A DNA stretch of 64,000 nt, taken from Eledone cirrhosa (lineage: Eukaryota). The stretch is from NCBI GenBank assembly GCA_964016885.1, contig OZ024742.1, positions 317,626,001 to 317,690,000 on the forward strand, read 5' to 3'. The translations under genes and the position numbers were made by a program. Shown in pieces: positions 43,401 through 55,838 of this stretch. Under the pieces are notes generated by a model, which was not told the origin of the DNA, searched no databases, and saw nothing but the letters and a program-made list of their open reading frames with translations. Position 1 is the stretch's first letter; each line of letters begins with the position of its first letter.

Positions 43401-46400
43401 ACTGTTGTTACTGTTGTTGTTACTGTTGTTATTACTGTTGTTACTGTTGTTGTTACTGTTGTTACTGTTGTTGTTACTGTTGTTACTGTTGTTACTGTTG
43501 TTGTTACTGTTGTTACTGTTGTTGTTACTGTTGTTACTGTTGTTACTGTTGTTACTGTTGTTACTGTTGTTACTGTTGTTACTGTTGTTGTTACTGTTGT
43601 TGTTACTGTTGTTACTGTTGTTACTGTTGTTGTTACTGTTGTTGTTACTGTTGTTACTGTTGTTGTTACTCTTTGTTACTGTTGTTGTTACTGTTGTTAC
43701 TGTTGCTGTTACTGTTGTTACTGTTGTTGTTACTCTTGTTACTGTTGTTGTTACTGTTGTTGTTACTGTTGTTGTTACTGTTGTTGTTACTGTTGTTACT
43801 ATTGTTGTTACACTTGTTACTGTTGTTGTTACTGTTGTTGTTACTGTTGTTGTTACTGTTGTTACTGTTGTTGTTACTGTTGTTACTGTTGTTACTGTTG
43901 TTGTTACTGTTGTTACTGTTGTTACTGTTGTTGTTACTGTTGTTACTGTTGTTGTTACTGTTGTTACTGTTGTTGCTGTTGTTGTTACTGTTGTTACTGT
44001 TGTTGTTACTGTTGTTGTTACTGTTGTTACTGTTGTTGTTACTACTGTTACTGTTGTTACTGTTGTTGTTACTGTTGTTACTGTTGTTGTTACTGTTGTT
44101 ACTGTTGTTGTTACTATTGTTGTTACTGTCGTTACTGTTGTTACTGTTGTTACTGTTGTTGTTACTGTTGTTACTGTTGTTATTGTTGTTGTTACTGCTG
44201 TTGTTACTGTTGTTGTTACTGTTGTTACTGTTGTTGTTACTTTTGTTGTTACTGTCGTTACTGTTGTTACTGTTGTTACTGTTGTTGTTACTGTTGTTAC
44301 TGTTGTTATTGTTGTTGTTACTGTTGTTACTGTTGTTAATATTGTTACTGTTGTTGTTACTGTTGTTACTGTTGTTATTGTTGTTGTTGTTACTGTTGTT
44401 ACTGTTGTTAATGTTGTTACTGTTGTTGTTACTGTTGTTACTGTTGGTGTTGTTGTTACTGTTGTTGTTGTTGTTGTTACTGTTGTTACTATTGTTACTG
44501 TTGTTACTGTTGTTATTGTTGTTGTTACTGTTGTTACTGTTGTTACTGTTATTACTGTTGTTGTTACTGTTGTTGTTGTTGTTACTGTTGTTACTGTTAT
44601 TGTTGTTGTTGTAACTGTTGTTGTTGTTGTTACTGTTGTTACTGTTGTTATTGTTGTTGTTACTGTTGTTACTGTTGTTAATGTTGTTACTGTTCTTACT
44701 GTTGTTGTTGTTGTTACTGTTGTTGTTGTTCTTACTGTTGTTACTGTTGTTACTGTTGTTACTGTTGTTGTTACTGTTGTTACTGTTGTTACTGTTGTTG
44801 TTACTGTTGTTGTTACTGTTGTTAATGTTGTTACTGTTGTTGTTACTGTTGTTGTTACTGTTGTTACTGTTGTTACTGTTGTTGTTACTGTTGTTACTGT
44901 TGTTACTGTTGTTGTTACTGTTGTTGTTACTGTTGTTACTGTTGTTACTGTTGTTGTTACTGTTGTTGTTACTGTTGTTACTGTTGTTACTGTTGTTGTT
45001 ACTGTTGTTGTTAATGTTGTTACTATTGTTACTGTTGTTGTTACTGTTGTTACTGTTGTTACTGTTGTTGTTACTGTTGTTACTGTTGTTGTTACTGTTG
45101 TTGTTACTGTTGTTGTTACTGTTGTTACTGTTGTTACTGTTGTTACTGTTGTTGTTACTGTTGTTGTTACTGTTGTTACTGTTGTTACTGTTCTTACTGT
45201 TGTTGTTACTGTTGTTGTTACTGTTGTTACTATTGTTACTGTTGTTGTTACTGTTGTTACTGTTGTTACTGTTGTTGTTACTGTTGTTGTTACTGTTGTT
45301 GTTACTGTTGTTGTTACTGTTGTTACTGTTGTTACGGTTGTTGTTGCTGTTGTTACTGTTGTTACTGTTGTTACTGTTGTTGTTACTGTTGTTGTTACTG
45401 TTGTTGTTACTGTTGTTACTGTTGTTGTTACTGTTGTTGTTACTGTTGTTGTTACTGTTGTTGTTACTGTTGTTACTGTTGTTGTTACTGTTGTTACTGT
45501 TACTGTTGTTGTTACTGTTGTTACTGTTGTTACTGTTGTTGTTACTGTTGTTGTTACTCTTGTTACTGTTGTTGTTACTGTTGTTGTTACTGTTGTTGTT
45601 ACTGTTGTTGTTACTGTTGTTACTGTTGTTACTGTTGTTGTTACTCTTGTTACTGTTGTTACTGTTGTCGTTACTGTTGTTACTGTTGTTGTTACTGTTG
45701 TTACTGTTGTTACTGTTGTTGTTACTGTTGTTACTGTTGTTACTGTTGTTGTTACTGTTGTTGTTGCTGTTGTTACTGTTGTTGTTACTGTTGTTACTGT
45801 TGTTACTGTTGTTGTTACTGTTGTTGTTACTGTTGTTACTGTTGTTGTTACTGTTGTTACTGTTGTTGTTACTATTGTTGTTACTGTTGTTACTGTTGTT
45901 ACTGTTGTTACTGCTGTTGTTACTGTTGTTGTTACTGTTGTTACTGTTGTTATTGTTGTTGTTACTGCTGTTGTTACTGTTGTTGTTACTGTTGTTACTG
46001 TTGTTGTTACTATTGTTGTTACTGACGTTACTGTTGTTACTGTTGTTACTGTTGTTGTTACTGTTGTTACTGTTGTTATTGTTATTGTTACTGTTGTTAC
46101 TGTTGTTAATGTTGTTACTGTTGTTAGTGTTGTTATTGTTGTTTTTACTGTTGTTACTGTTGTTATTGTTGTTGTTACTGTTGTTTCTGTTGTTAATGTT
46201 GTTACTGTTGTTGTTACTGTTGTTGTTACTGTTGTTACTGTTGTTGTTATTGTTACTGTTGTTGTTGTTGTTACTGTTGTTACTGTTGTTACTGTTGTTA
46301 CTGTTGTTACTGTTGTTATTGTTGTTGTTACTGTTGTTACTGTTGTTACTGTTGTTACTGTTGTTGTTACTGTTGTTGTTGTTACTGTTGTTACTGTTAT

Positions 46401-49400
46401 TGTTGTTCTTGTTACTGTTGTTGTTGTTGTTGTTACTGTTGTTACTGTTGTTATTGTTGTTGTTACTGTTGTTACTGTTGTTAATGTTATTACTGTTGTT
46501 ACTGTTGTTGTTACTGTTGTTGTTACTGTTTTTGTTACTGTTGTTGTTACTGTTGTTGTTACTGTTGTTACTGTTGTTACTGTTGTTACTGTTGTTTTTA
46601 CTGTTGTTACTGTTTTTACTGTTGTTATTACTGTTGTTGTTACTGTTGTTACTGTTGTTGTTACTGTTGTTGTTACTGTTGTTGTTACTTTTGTTACTGT
46701 TGTTGTTACTGTTGTTGTTACTATTGTTGTTACTGTTGTTGTTACTGTTGTTGTTACTCTTGTTACTGTTGTTACTGTTGTTGTTTCTGTTGTTGTTACT
46801 GTTGTTACTGTTATTGTTACTCTTTGTTACTGTTGTTGTTACTGTTGTTACTGTTGTTGTTACTGTTGTTACTGTTGTTACTGTTGTTGTTACTCTTGTT
46901 ACTGTTCTTGTTACTGTTGTTGTTACTGTTGTTACTGTTGTTGTTACTGTTGTTGTTACTGTTGTTACTGTTGTTACTGTTGTTGTTACTGTTGTTACTG
47001 TTGATACTGTTGTCGTTACTGTTGATGTTACTGTTGTTACTGTTGTTGTTACTGTTGTTACTGTTGTTACTGTTGTTACTGTTGTTGTTACTGTTGTTGT
47101 TACTGTTGTTACTGTTGTTGTTACTGTTGTTACTGTTGTTGTTACTATTGTTGTTACTGTCGTTACTGTTGTTACTGTTGTTACTGTTGTTGTTACTGTT
47201 GTTACTGTTGTTATTGTTGTTGTTACTGCTGTTGTTACTGTTGTTGTTACTGTTGTTACTGTTGTTATTGTTATTGTTACTGTTGTTACTGTTGTTAATG
47301 TTGTTACTGTTGTTGTTACTGTTGTTACCGTTGTTATTGTTGTTGTTACTGTTGTTACTGTTGTTATTGTTGTTGTTACTGTTGTTACTGTTGTTAATGT
47401 TGTTACTGTTGTTGTTACTGTTGTTGTTACTGTTGTTACTGTTGTTGTTGTTGTTACTGTTGTTGTTGTTGTTACTGTTGTTACTGTTGTTACTGTTGTT
47501 ACTGTTGTTATTGTTGTTGTTACTGTTGTTACTGTTGTTACTGTTGTTACTCTTCGTGTTACTGCGGTTACTGTTGTTGTTACTGTTGTTACTGTTGTTA
47601 TTACTGTTGTTACTGATGTTGTTACTGTTGTTACTGTTGTTGTTACTGTTGTTGTTACATTTGTTGTTACAGTTATTGTTACTGTTGTTACTGTTGTTAC
47701 TGTTCGTGTTACTGCGGGTACTGTTGTTGTTACTGTTGTTACTGTTGTTATTACTGTTGTTACTGTTGTTGTTACTGTTGTTACTGTTGTTGTTACTGTT
47801 GTTACTGTTGTTGTTACATTTGTTGTTACAGTTGTTGTTACAGTTGTTACTGTTGTTCGTGTTGTTGTTACTGTTGTTACTGTTGTTACTGTTGTTGTTA
47901 CTGTTGTTATTACTGTTGTTACTGTTGTTGTTACTGTTGTTACTGTTGTTGTTACTGTTGTTACTGTTGTTACTGTTGTTGTTACTGTTGTTACTGTTGT
48001 TGTTACTGTTGTTACTGTTGTTGTTACTGTTGTTGTTACTGTTGTTACTGTTGCTGTTACTGTTGTTACTGTTGTTGTTACTCTTGTTACTGTTGTTGTT
48101 ACTGTTGTTGTTACTGTTGTTGTTACTGTTGTTACTGTTGTTGTTACACTTGTTACTGTTGTTGTTACTGTTGTTACTCTTGTTGTTACTGTTGTTACTG
48201 TTGTTACTGTTGTTGTTACTGTTGTTACTGTTGTTACTGTTGTTGTTACTGTTGTTACTGTTGTTGTTACTGTTGTTACTGTTGTTGCTGTTGTTGTTAC
48301 TGTTGTTACTGTTGTTGTTACTGTTGTTGTTACTGTTGTTACTGTTGTTGTTACTGTTGTTGTTACTGTTGTTGTTACTGTTGTTGTTACTGTTGTTACT
48401 GTTGTTGTTACTGTTGTTACTGTTGTTGTTACTATTGTTGTTACTGTCGTTACTGTTGTTACTGTTGTTACTGTTGTTACTGTTGTTGTTACTGTTGTTA
48501 CTGTTGTTATTGTTGTTGTTACTGCTGTTGTTACTGTTGTTGTTACTGTTGTTACTGTTGTTGTTACTTTTGTTGTTACTGTGGTTACTGTTGTTACTGT
48601 TGTTACTGTTGTTGTTACTGTTGTTACTGTTGTTATTGTTGTTGTTACTGTTGTTACTGTTGTTAATGTTGTTACTGTTGTTGTTACTGTTGTTACTGTT
48701 GTTATTGTTGTTGTTGTTACTGTTGTTACTGTTGTTAATGTTGTTACTGTTGTTGTTACTGTTGTTACTGTTGTTGTTGTTGTTACTGTTGTTGTTGTTG
48801 TTACTGTTGTTACTATTGTTACTGTTGTTACTGTTGTTATTGTTGTTGTTACTGTTGTTACTGTTATTACTGTTGTTACTGTTGTTGTTACTGTTGTTGT
48901 TGTTGTTACTGTTGTTACTGTTATTGTTATTGTTGTTACTGTTGTTGTTGTTGTTACTGTTGTTACTGTTGTTATTGTTGTTGTTACTGTTGTTGTTACT
49001 GTTGTTGTTACTGTTGTTGTTACTGTTGTTACTGTTGTTACGGTTGTTGTTGCTGTTGTTACTGTTGTTACTGTTGTTACTGTTGTTGTTACTGTTGTTG
49101 TTACTGTTGTTACTGTTGATGTTACTGTTGTTGTTACTGTTGTTACTGTTGTTACTGTTGTTGTTACTGTTGTTACTGTTGATGTTACTGTTGTTACTGT
49201 TGTTACTGTTGTTGTTACTGTTGTTACTGTTGATGTTACTGTTGTTGTTACTGTTGTTACTCTTGTTAGTGTTGTTGTTACTGTTGTTACTGTTGATGTT
49301 ACTGTTGTTGTTACTGTTGTTACTGTTGCTGTTACTGTTGTTACTGTTGTTACTGTTGTTGTTACTGTTGTTACTGTTGTTGTTACAGTTGTTACTGTTG

Positions 49401-52400
49401 TTACTGTTGTTACTGTTGTTGTTACTGTTGTTACTGTTGATGTTACTGTTGTTACTGTTGTTACTGTTGTTGTTACTGTTGTTACTGTTGATGTTACTGT
49501 TGTTACTGTTGTTACTGTTGCTGTTACTGTTGTTACTGTTGTTACTGTTGTTGTTACTGTTGTTACTGTTGATGTTACTTTTGTTACTGTTGTTACTGTT
49601 GTTGTTACTGTTGATGTTACTGTTGTTACTGTTGTTACTGTTGTTGTTACTGTTGTTACTGTTGATGTTACTGTTGTTACTGTTGTTACTGTTGTTGTTA
49701 CTGTTGTTACTGTTGATGTTACTGTTGTTGTTACTGTTGTTACTGTTGCTGTTACTGTTGTTACTGTTGTTACTGTTGTTGTTACTGTTGTTACTGTTGT
49801 TGTTACTGTTGTTACTGTTGTTACTGTTGTTGTTACTGTTGTTACTGTTGTTACTGTTGTTACTGTTGTTACTGTTGTTGTTACTGTTGTTACTGTTGAT
49901 GTTACTGTTGTTACTGTTGTTGTTACTGTTGTTACTGTTGATGTTACTGTTGTTACTGTTGTTACTGTTGCTGTTGCTGTTGTTACTGTTGTTACTGTTG
50001 TTGTTACTGTTGTTACTGTTGATGTTACTGTTGTTACTGTTGTTACTGTTGCTGTTACTGTTGTTACTGTTGTTACTGTTGTTGTTACTGTTGTTACTGT
50101 TGATGTTACTGTTGTTACTGTTGTTACTGTTGTTGTTACTGTTGTTACTATTGTTATTGTTGTTCTTACTGTTGTTGTTACTGTTGTTGTTACTGTTGTT
50201 ACTGTTGTTGTTACTGTTGTTACTGTTGTTATTGTTGTTGTTACTGTTGTTACTGTTGTTAATGTTGTTACTGTTGTTGTTACTGTTGTCACTGTTGTTG
50301 TTACTGTTGTTGTTACTGTTGTTACTGTTGTTGTTACTGTTGTTACTGTTGTTGTTACTGTTGTTACTGTTGTTGTTACTGTTGTTACTGTTGTTGTTAC
50401 TGTTGTTGTTACTGTTGTTACTGTTGTTGTTACTGTTGTTACTGTTGTTGTTACTGTTGTTACTGTTGTTACTGTTGTTATTGTTGTTGTTACTGTTGTT
50501 ACTGTTGTTAATGTTGTTACTGTTGTTGTTACTGTTGGTACTGTTGTTGTTACTGTTGTTACTGTTGTTGTTACTGTTGTTACTGTTGTTGTTACTGTTG
50601 TTACTGTTGTTACTGTTGTTGTTACTGTTGTTACTGTTGTTGTTACTGTTGTTACTGTTGGTACTGTTGTTGTTACTGTTGTTACTGTTGTTAATGTTGT
50701 TACTGTTGTTGTTACTGTTGTTACTGTTGTTATTGTTGTTGTTGTTACTGTTGTTACTGTTGTTAATGTTGTTACTGTTGTTGTTACTGTTGTTACTGTT
50801 GTTGTTGTTGTTACTGTTGTTGTTGTTGTTACTGTTGTTACTATTGTTACTGTTGTTACTGTTGTTATTGTTGTTGTTACTGTTGTTACTGTTATTACTG
50901 TTGTTACTGTTGTTGTTACTGTTGTTGTTGTTGTTACTGTTGTTACTGTTATTGTTATTGTTGTTACTGTTGTTGTTGTTGTTACTGTTGTTACTGTTGT
51001 TATTGTTGTTGTTACTGTTGTTGTTACTGTTGTTGTTACTGTTGTTGTTACTGTTGTTACTGTTGTTACGGTTGTTGTTGCTGTTGTTACTGTTGTTACT
51101 GTTGTTACTGTTGTTGTTACTGTTGTTGTTACTGTTGTTACTGTTGATGTTACTGTTGTTGTTACTGTTGTTACTGTTGTTACTGTTGTTGTTACTGTTG
51201 TTACTGTTGATGTTACTGTTGTTACTGTTGTTACTGTTGTTGTTACTGTTGTTACTGTTGATGTTACTGTTGTTACTGTTGTTACTGTTGTTACTGTTGT
51301 TGTTACTGTTGTTACTGTTGATGTTACTGTTGTTGTTACTGTTGTTACTGTTGTTACTGTTGTTGTTACTGTTGTTACTGTTGATGTTACTGTTGTTACT
51401 GTTGTTACTGTTGTTGTTACTGTTGTTACTGTTGATGTTACTGTTGTTGTTACTGTTGTTACTGTTGTTACTGTTGTTGTTACTGTTGTTACTGTTGATG
51501 TTACTGTTGTTACTGTTGTTACTGTTGATGTTACTGTTGTTACTGTTGTTACTGTTGTTGTTACTGTTGTTACTGTTGATGTTACTGTTGTTGTTACTGT
51601 TGTTACTCTTGTTAGTGTTGTTGTTACTGTTGTTACTGTTGATGTTACTGTTGTTGTTACTGTTGTTACTGTTGCTGTTACTGTTGTTACTGTTGTTACT
51701 GTTGTTGTTACTGTTGTTACTGTTTTTGTTACAGTTGTTACTGTTGTTACTGTTGTTACTGTTGTTGTTACTGTTGTTACTGTTGATGTTACTGTTGTTA
51801 CTGTTGTTACTGTTGTTGTTACTGTTGTTACTGTTGATGTTACTGTTGTTACTGTTGTTACTGTTGCTGTTACTGTTGTTACTGTTGTTACTGTTGTTGT
51901 TACTGTTGTTACTGTTGATGTTACTGTTGTTACTGTTGTTACTGTTGTTGTTACTGTTGTTACTATTGTTATTGTTGTTCTTACTGTTGTTGTTACTGTT
52001 GTTGTTACTGTTGTTACTGTTGTTGTTACTGTTGTTACTGTTGTTATTGTTGTTGTTACTGTTGTTACTGTTGTTAATGTTGTTACTGTTGTTGTTACTG
52101 TTGTCACTGTTGTTGTTACTGTTGTTGTTACTGTTGTTACTGTTGTTGTTACTGTTGTTACTGTTGTTGTTACTGTTGTTACTGTTGTTGTTACTGTTCT
52201 TGTTACTGTTGTTACTGTTGTTGTTACTGTTGTTGTTACTGTTGTTACTGTTGTTGTTACTGTTGTTACTGTTGTTGTTACTGTTGTTACTGTTGTTACT
52301 GTTGTTATTGTTGTTGTTACTGTTGTTACTGTTGTTAATGTTGTTACTGTTGTTGTTACTGTTGTTACTGTTGTTGTTACTGTTGTTACTGTTGTTGTTA

Positions 52401-55400
52401 CTGTTGTTACTGTTGTTGTTACTGTTGTTACTGTTGTTACTGTTGTTGTTACTGTTGTTACTGTTGTTGTTACTGTTGTTACTGTTGGTACTGTTGTTGT
52501 TACTGTTGTTACTGTTGTTGTTACTGTTGTTACTGTTGTTACTGTTGTTGTTACTGTTGTTACTGTTGTTACTGTTGTTACTGTTGTTACTGTTGTTGTT
52601 ACTGTTGTTACTGTTGTTACTGTTGTTGTTACTGTTGTTACTGTTGTTACTGTTGTTACTGTTGTTGTTACTGTTGTTACTGTTGTTACTGTTGTTACTG
52701 TTGTTGTTACTGTTGTTATTGTTGTTACTGTTGTTGTTACTGTTGTTACTGTTGTTGTTACTGTTGTTACTGTTGTTGTTACTGTTGTTACTGTTGTTAC
52801 TGTTGTTGTTACTGTTGTTACTGTTGATGTTACTGTTGTTACTGTTGTTACCGTTGTTACTGTTGTTGTTACTGCTGTTACTGTTGATGTTACTGTTGTT
52901 ACTGTTGTTACTGTTGTTGTTACTGTTGTTACTGTTGATGTTACTGTTGTTGTTACTGTTGTCACTGTTGCTGTTACTGTTGTTACTGTTGTTACTGTTG
53001 TTACTGTTGTTGTTACTGTTGTTACTGTTGATGTTACTGTTGTTACTGTTGTTACTGTTGTTGTTACTGTTGTTACTGTTGATGTTACTCTTGTTACTTT
53101 TGTTACTGTTGCTGTTACTGTTGTTACTGTTGTTACTGTTGTTGTTACTGTTGTTACTGTTGATGTTACTGTTGTTACTGTTGTTACTGTTGTTGTTACT
53201 GTCGATGTTACTGTTGTTACTGTTGTTACTGTTGTTGTTACTGTTGTTACTGTTGATGTTACTGTTGTTACTGTTGTTACTGTTGCTGTTACTGTTGTTA
53301 CTGTTGTTACTGTTGTTGTTACTGTTGTTACTGTTGATGTTACTTTTGTTACTGTTGTTACTGTTGTTGTTACTGTTGATGTTACTGTTGTTACTGTTGT
53401 TACTGTTGTTGTTACTGTTGTTACTGTTGATGTTTCTGTTGTTAATGTTGTTACTGTTGTTGTTACTGTTGTTACTGTTGATGTTACTGTTGTTGTTACT
53501 GTTGTTACTGTTGCTGTTACTGTTGTTACTGTTGTTACTGTTGTTGTTACTGTTGTTACTGTTGTTGTTACTGTTGTTACTGTTGTTACTGTTGTTGTTA
53601 CTGTTGTTACTGTTGATGTTACTGTTGTTACTGTTGTTACTGTTGTTGTTACTGTTGTTACTGTTGTTGTTACTGTTGTTACTGTTGTTACTGTTGTTAC
53701 TGTTGTTACTGTTGTTGTTACTGTTGTTACTGTTGATGTTACTGTTGTTACTGTTGTTGTTACTGTTGTTACTGTTGATGTTACTGTTGTTACTGTTGTT
53801 ACTGTTGCTGTTGCTGTTGTTACTGTTGTTACTGTTGTTGTTACTGTTGTTACTGTTGATGTTACTGTTGTTACTGTTGTTACTGTTGTTACTGTTGCTG
53901 TTACTGTTGTTACTGTTGTTACTGTTGTTGTTACTGTTGTTACTGTTGATGTTACTGTTGTTACTGTTGTTACTGTTGTTGTTACTGTTGTTACTATTGT
54001 TATTGTTGTTCTTACTGTTGTTGTTACTGTTGTTGTTACTGTTGTTACTGTTGTTGTTACTGTTGTTACTGTTGTTATTGTTGTTGTTACTGTTGTTACT
54101 GTTGTTAATGTTGTTACTGTTGTTGTTACTGTTGTCACTGTTGTTGTTACTGTTGTTGTTACTGTTGTTACTGTTGTTGTTACTGTTGTTACTGTTGTTG
54201 TTACTGTTGTTACTGTTGTTGTTACTGTTGTTGTTACTGTTGTTACTGTTGTTGTTACTGTTGTTGTTACTGTTGTTACTGTTGTTGTTACTGTTGTTAC
54301 TGTTGTTACTGTTGTTATTGTTGTTGTTACTGTTGTTACTGTTGTTAATGTTGTTACTGTTGTTGTTACTGTTGTTACTGTTGTTGTTACTGTTGTTACT
54401 GTTGTTGTTACTGTTGTTACTGTTGTTGTTACTGTTGTTACTGTTGTTACTGTTGTTGTTACTGTTGTTACTGTTGTTGTTACTGTTGTTACTGTTGTTG
54501 TTACTGTTGTTACTGTTGTTGTTACTGTTGTTACTGTTGTTGTTACTGTTGTTACTGTTGTTACTGTTGTTACTGTTGTTACTGTTGTTGTTACTGTTGT
54601 TACTGTTGTTACTGTTGTTGTTACTGTTGTTACTGTTGTTACTGTTGTTACTGTTGTTGTTACTGTTGTTACTGTTGTTACTGTTGTTACTGTTGTTGTT
54701 ACTGTTGTTATTGTTGTTACTGTTGTTGTTGCTGTTGTTACTGTTGTTGTTACTGTTGTTACTGTTGTTGTTACTGTTGTTACTGTTGTTACTGTTGTTG
54801 TTACTGTTGTTACTGTTGATGTTACTGTTGTTACTGTTGTTACTGTTGTTACTGTTGTTGTTACTGCTGTTACTGTTGATGTTACTGTTGTTACTGTTGT
54901 TACTGTTGTTGTTACTGTTGTTACTGTTGATGTTACTGTTGTTGTTACTGTTGTTACTGTTGCTGTTACTGTTGTTACTGTTGTTACTGTTGTTACTGTT
55001 GTTGTTACTGTTGTTACTGTTGATGTTACTGTTGTTACTGTTGTTACTGTTGTTGTTACTGTTGTTACTGTTGATGTTACTCTTGTTACTTTTGTTACTG
55101 TTGCTGTTACTGTTGTTACTGTTGTTACTGTTGTTGTTACTGTTGTTACTGTTGATGTTACTGTTGTTACTGTTGTTACTGTTGTTGTTACTGTTGATGT
55201 TACTGTTGTTACTGTTGTTACTGTTGTTGTTACTGTTGTTACTGTTGATGTTACTGTTGTTACTGTTGTTACTGTTGTTGTTACTGTTGTTACTGTTGAT
55301 GTTACTGTTGTTGTTACTGTTGTTACTGTTGCTGTTACTGTTGTTACTGTTGTTACTGTTGTTGTTATTGTTGTTACTGTTGTTGTTACTGTTGTTACTG

Positions 55401-55792
55401 TTGTTACTGTTGTTACTGTTGTTGTTACTGTTGTTACTGTTGATGTTACTGTTGTTACTGTTGTTACTTTTGTTGTTACTGTTGTTACTGTTGTTGTTAC
55501 TGTTGTTACTGTTGTTACTGTTGTTACTTTTGTTGTTACTGTTGTTACTGTTGATGTTACTGTTGTTACTGTTGTTGTTACTGTTGTTACTGTTGCTGTT
55601 ACTGTTGTTACTGTTGTTACTGTTGTTGTTACTGTTGTTACTGTTGATGTTACTGTTGTTACTGTTGTTACTGTTGCTGTTACTGTTGTTACTGTTGTTA
55701 CTGTTGTTGTTACTGTTGTTACTGTTGATGTTACTGTTGTTACTGTTGTTACTGTTGTTGTTACTGTTGTTTCTGTTGTTGTTACTGTTATT
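1459..55792. repeat. Giant compound satellite [(GTT)2-3 ACT]n, ~54 kb, with nested higher-order repeats
   Basis: Continuous GTTGTTACT / GTTGTTGTTACT units with sporadic variant triplets (TCT, ATT, CTT, GAT, AAT, GCT, ACA, ACG, CGT, GCG). No unique sequence seen inside. Confidence 0.99.
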
Positions 55793-55793
55793 A

Positions 55794-55838
55794 GGGCGGT
55801 ATAATTGCTGGCCTTGTGCCAAAGTAGAAACAATTATT
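55794..55838 (+). mobile_element. Short remnant of a tRNA-derived SINE abutting the array end
   Basis: ATAATTGCTGGCCTTGTGCCAAAGTAGAAACAATTAT is the near-exact reverse complement of 62989-63026 and close to 62790-62827. The leading GGGCGGT equals the 5' start of the full copy (reverse complement of 62964-62970). Confidence 0.8.

Noticed and set aside
1459-55792. CRISPR array or telomeric repeat
   Set aside because: There are no unique spacers or cas genes. The unit is not TTAGGG-like, and the array is interstitial with ordinary flanks on both sides.
2900-55833. Giant minus-strand Thr/Val-rich (TTTV) ORFs resembling a mucin or adhesive protein
   Set aside because: ACA and GTA codons cannot become stops by a single substitution, so openness is expected. 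Frameshifts are fixed and amplified, non-synonymous variants are abundant, there is no Pro and little Ser as in PTS domains, and there are no flanking unique domains or credible start. Not fully excluded without RNA-seq or proteomics.
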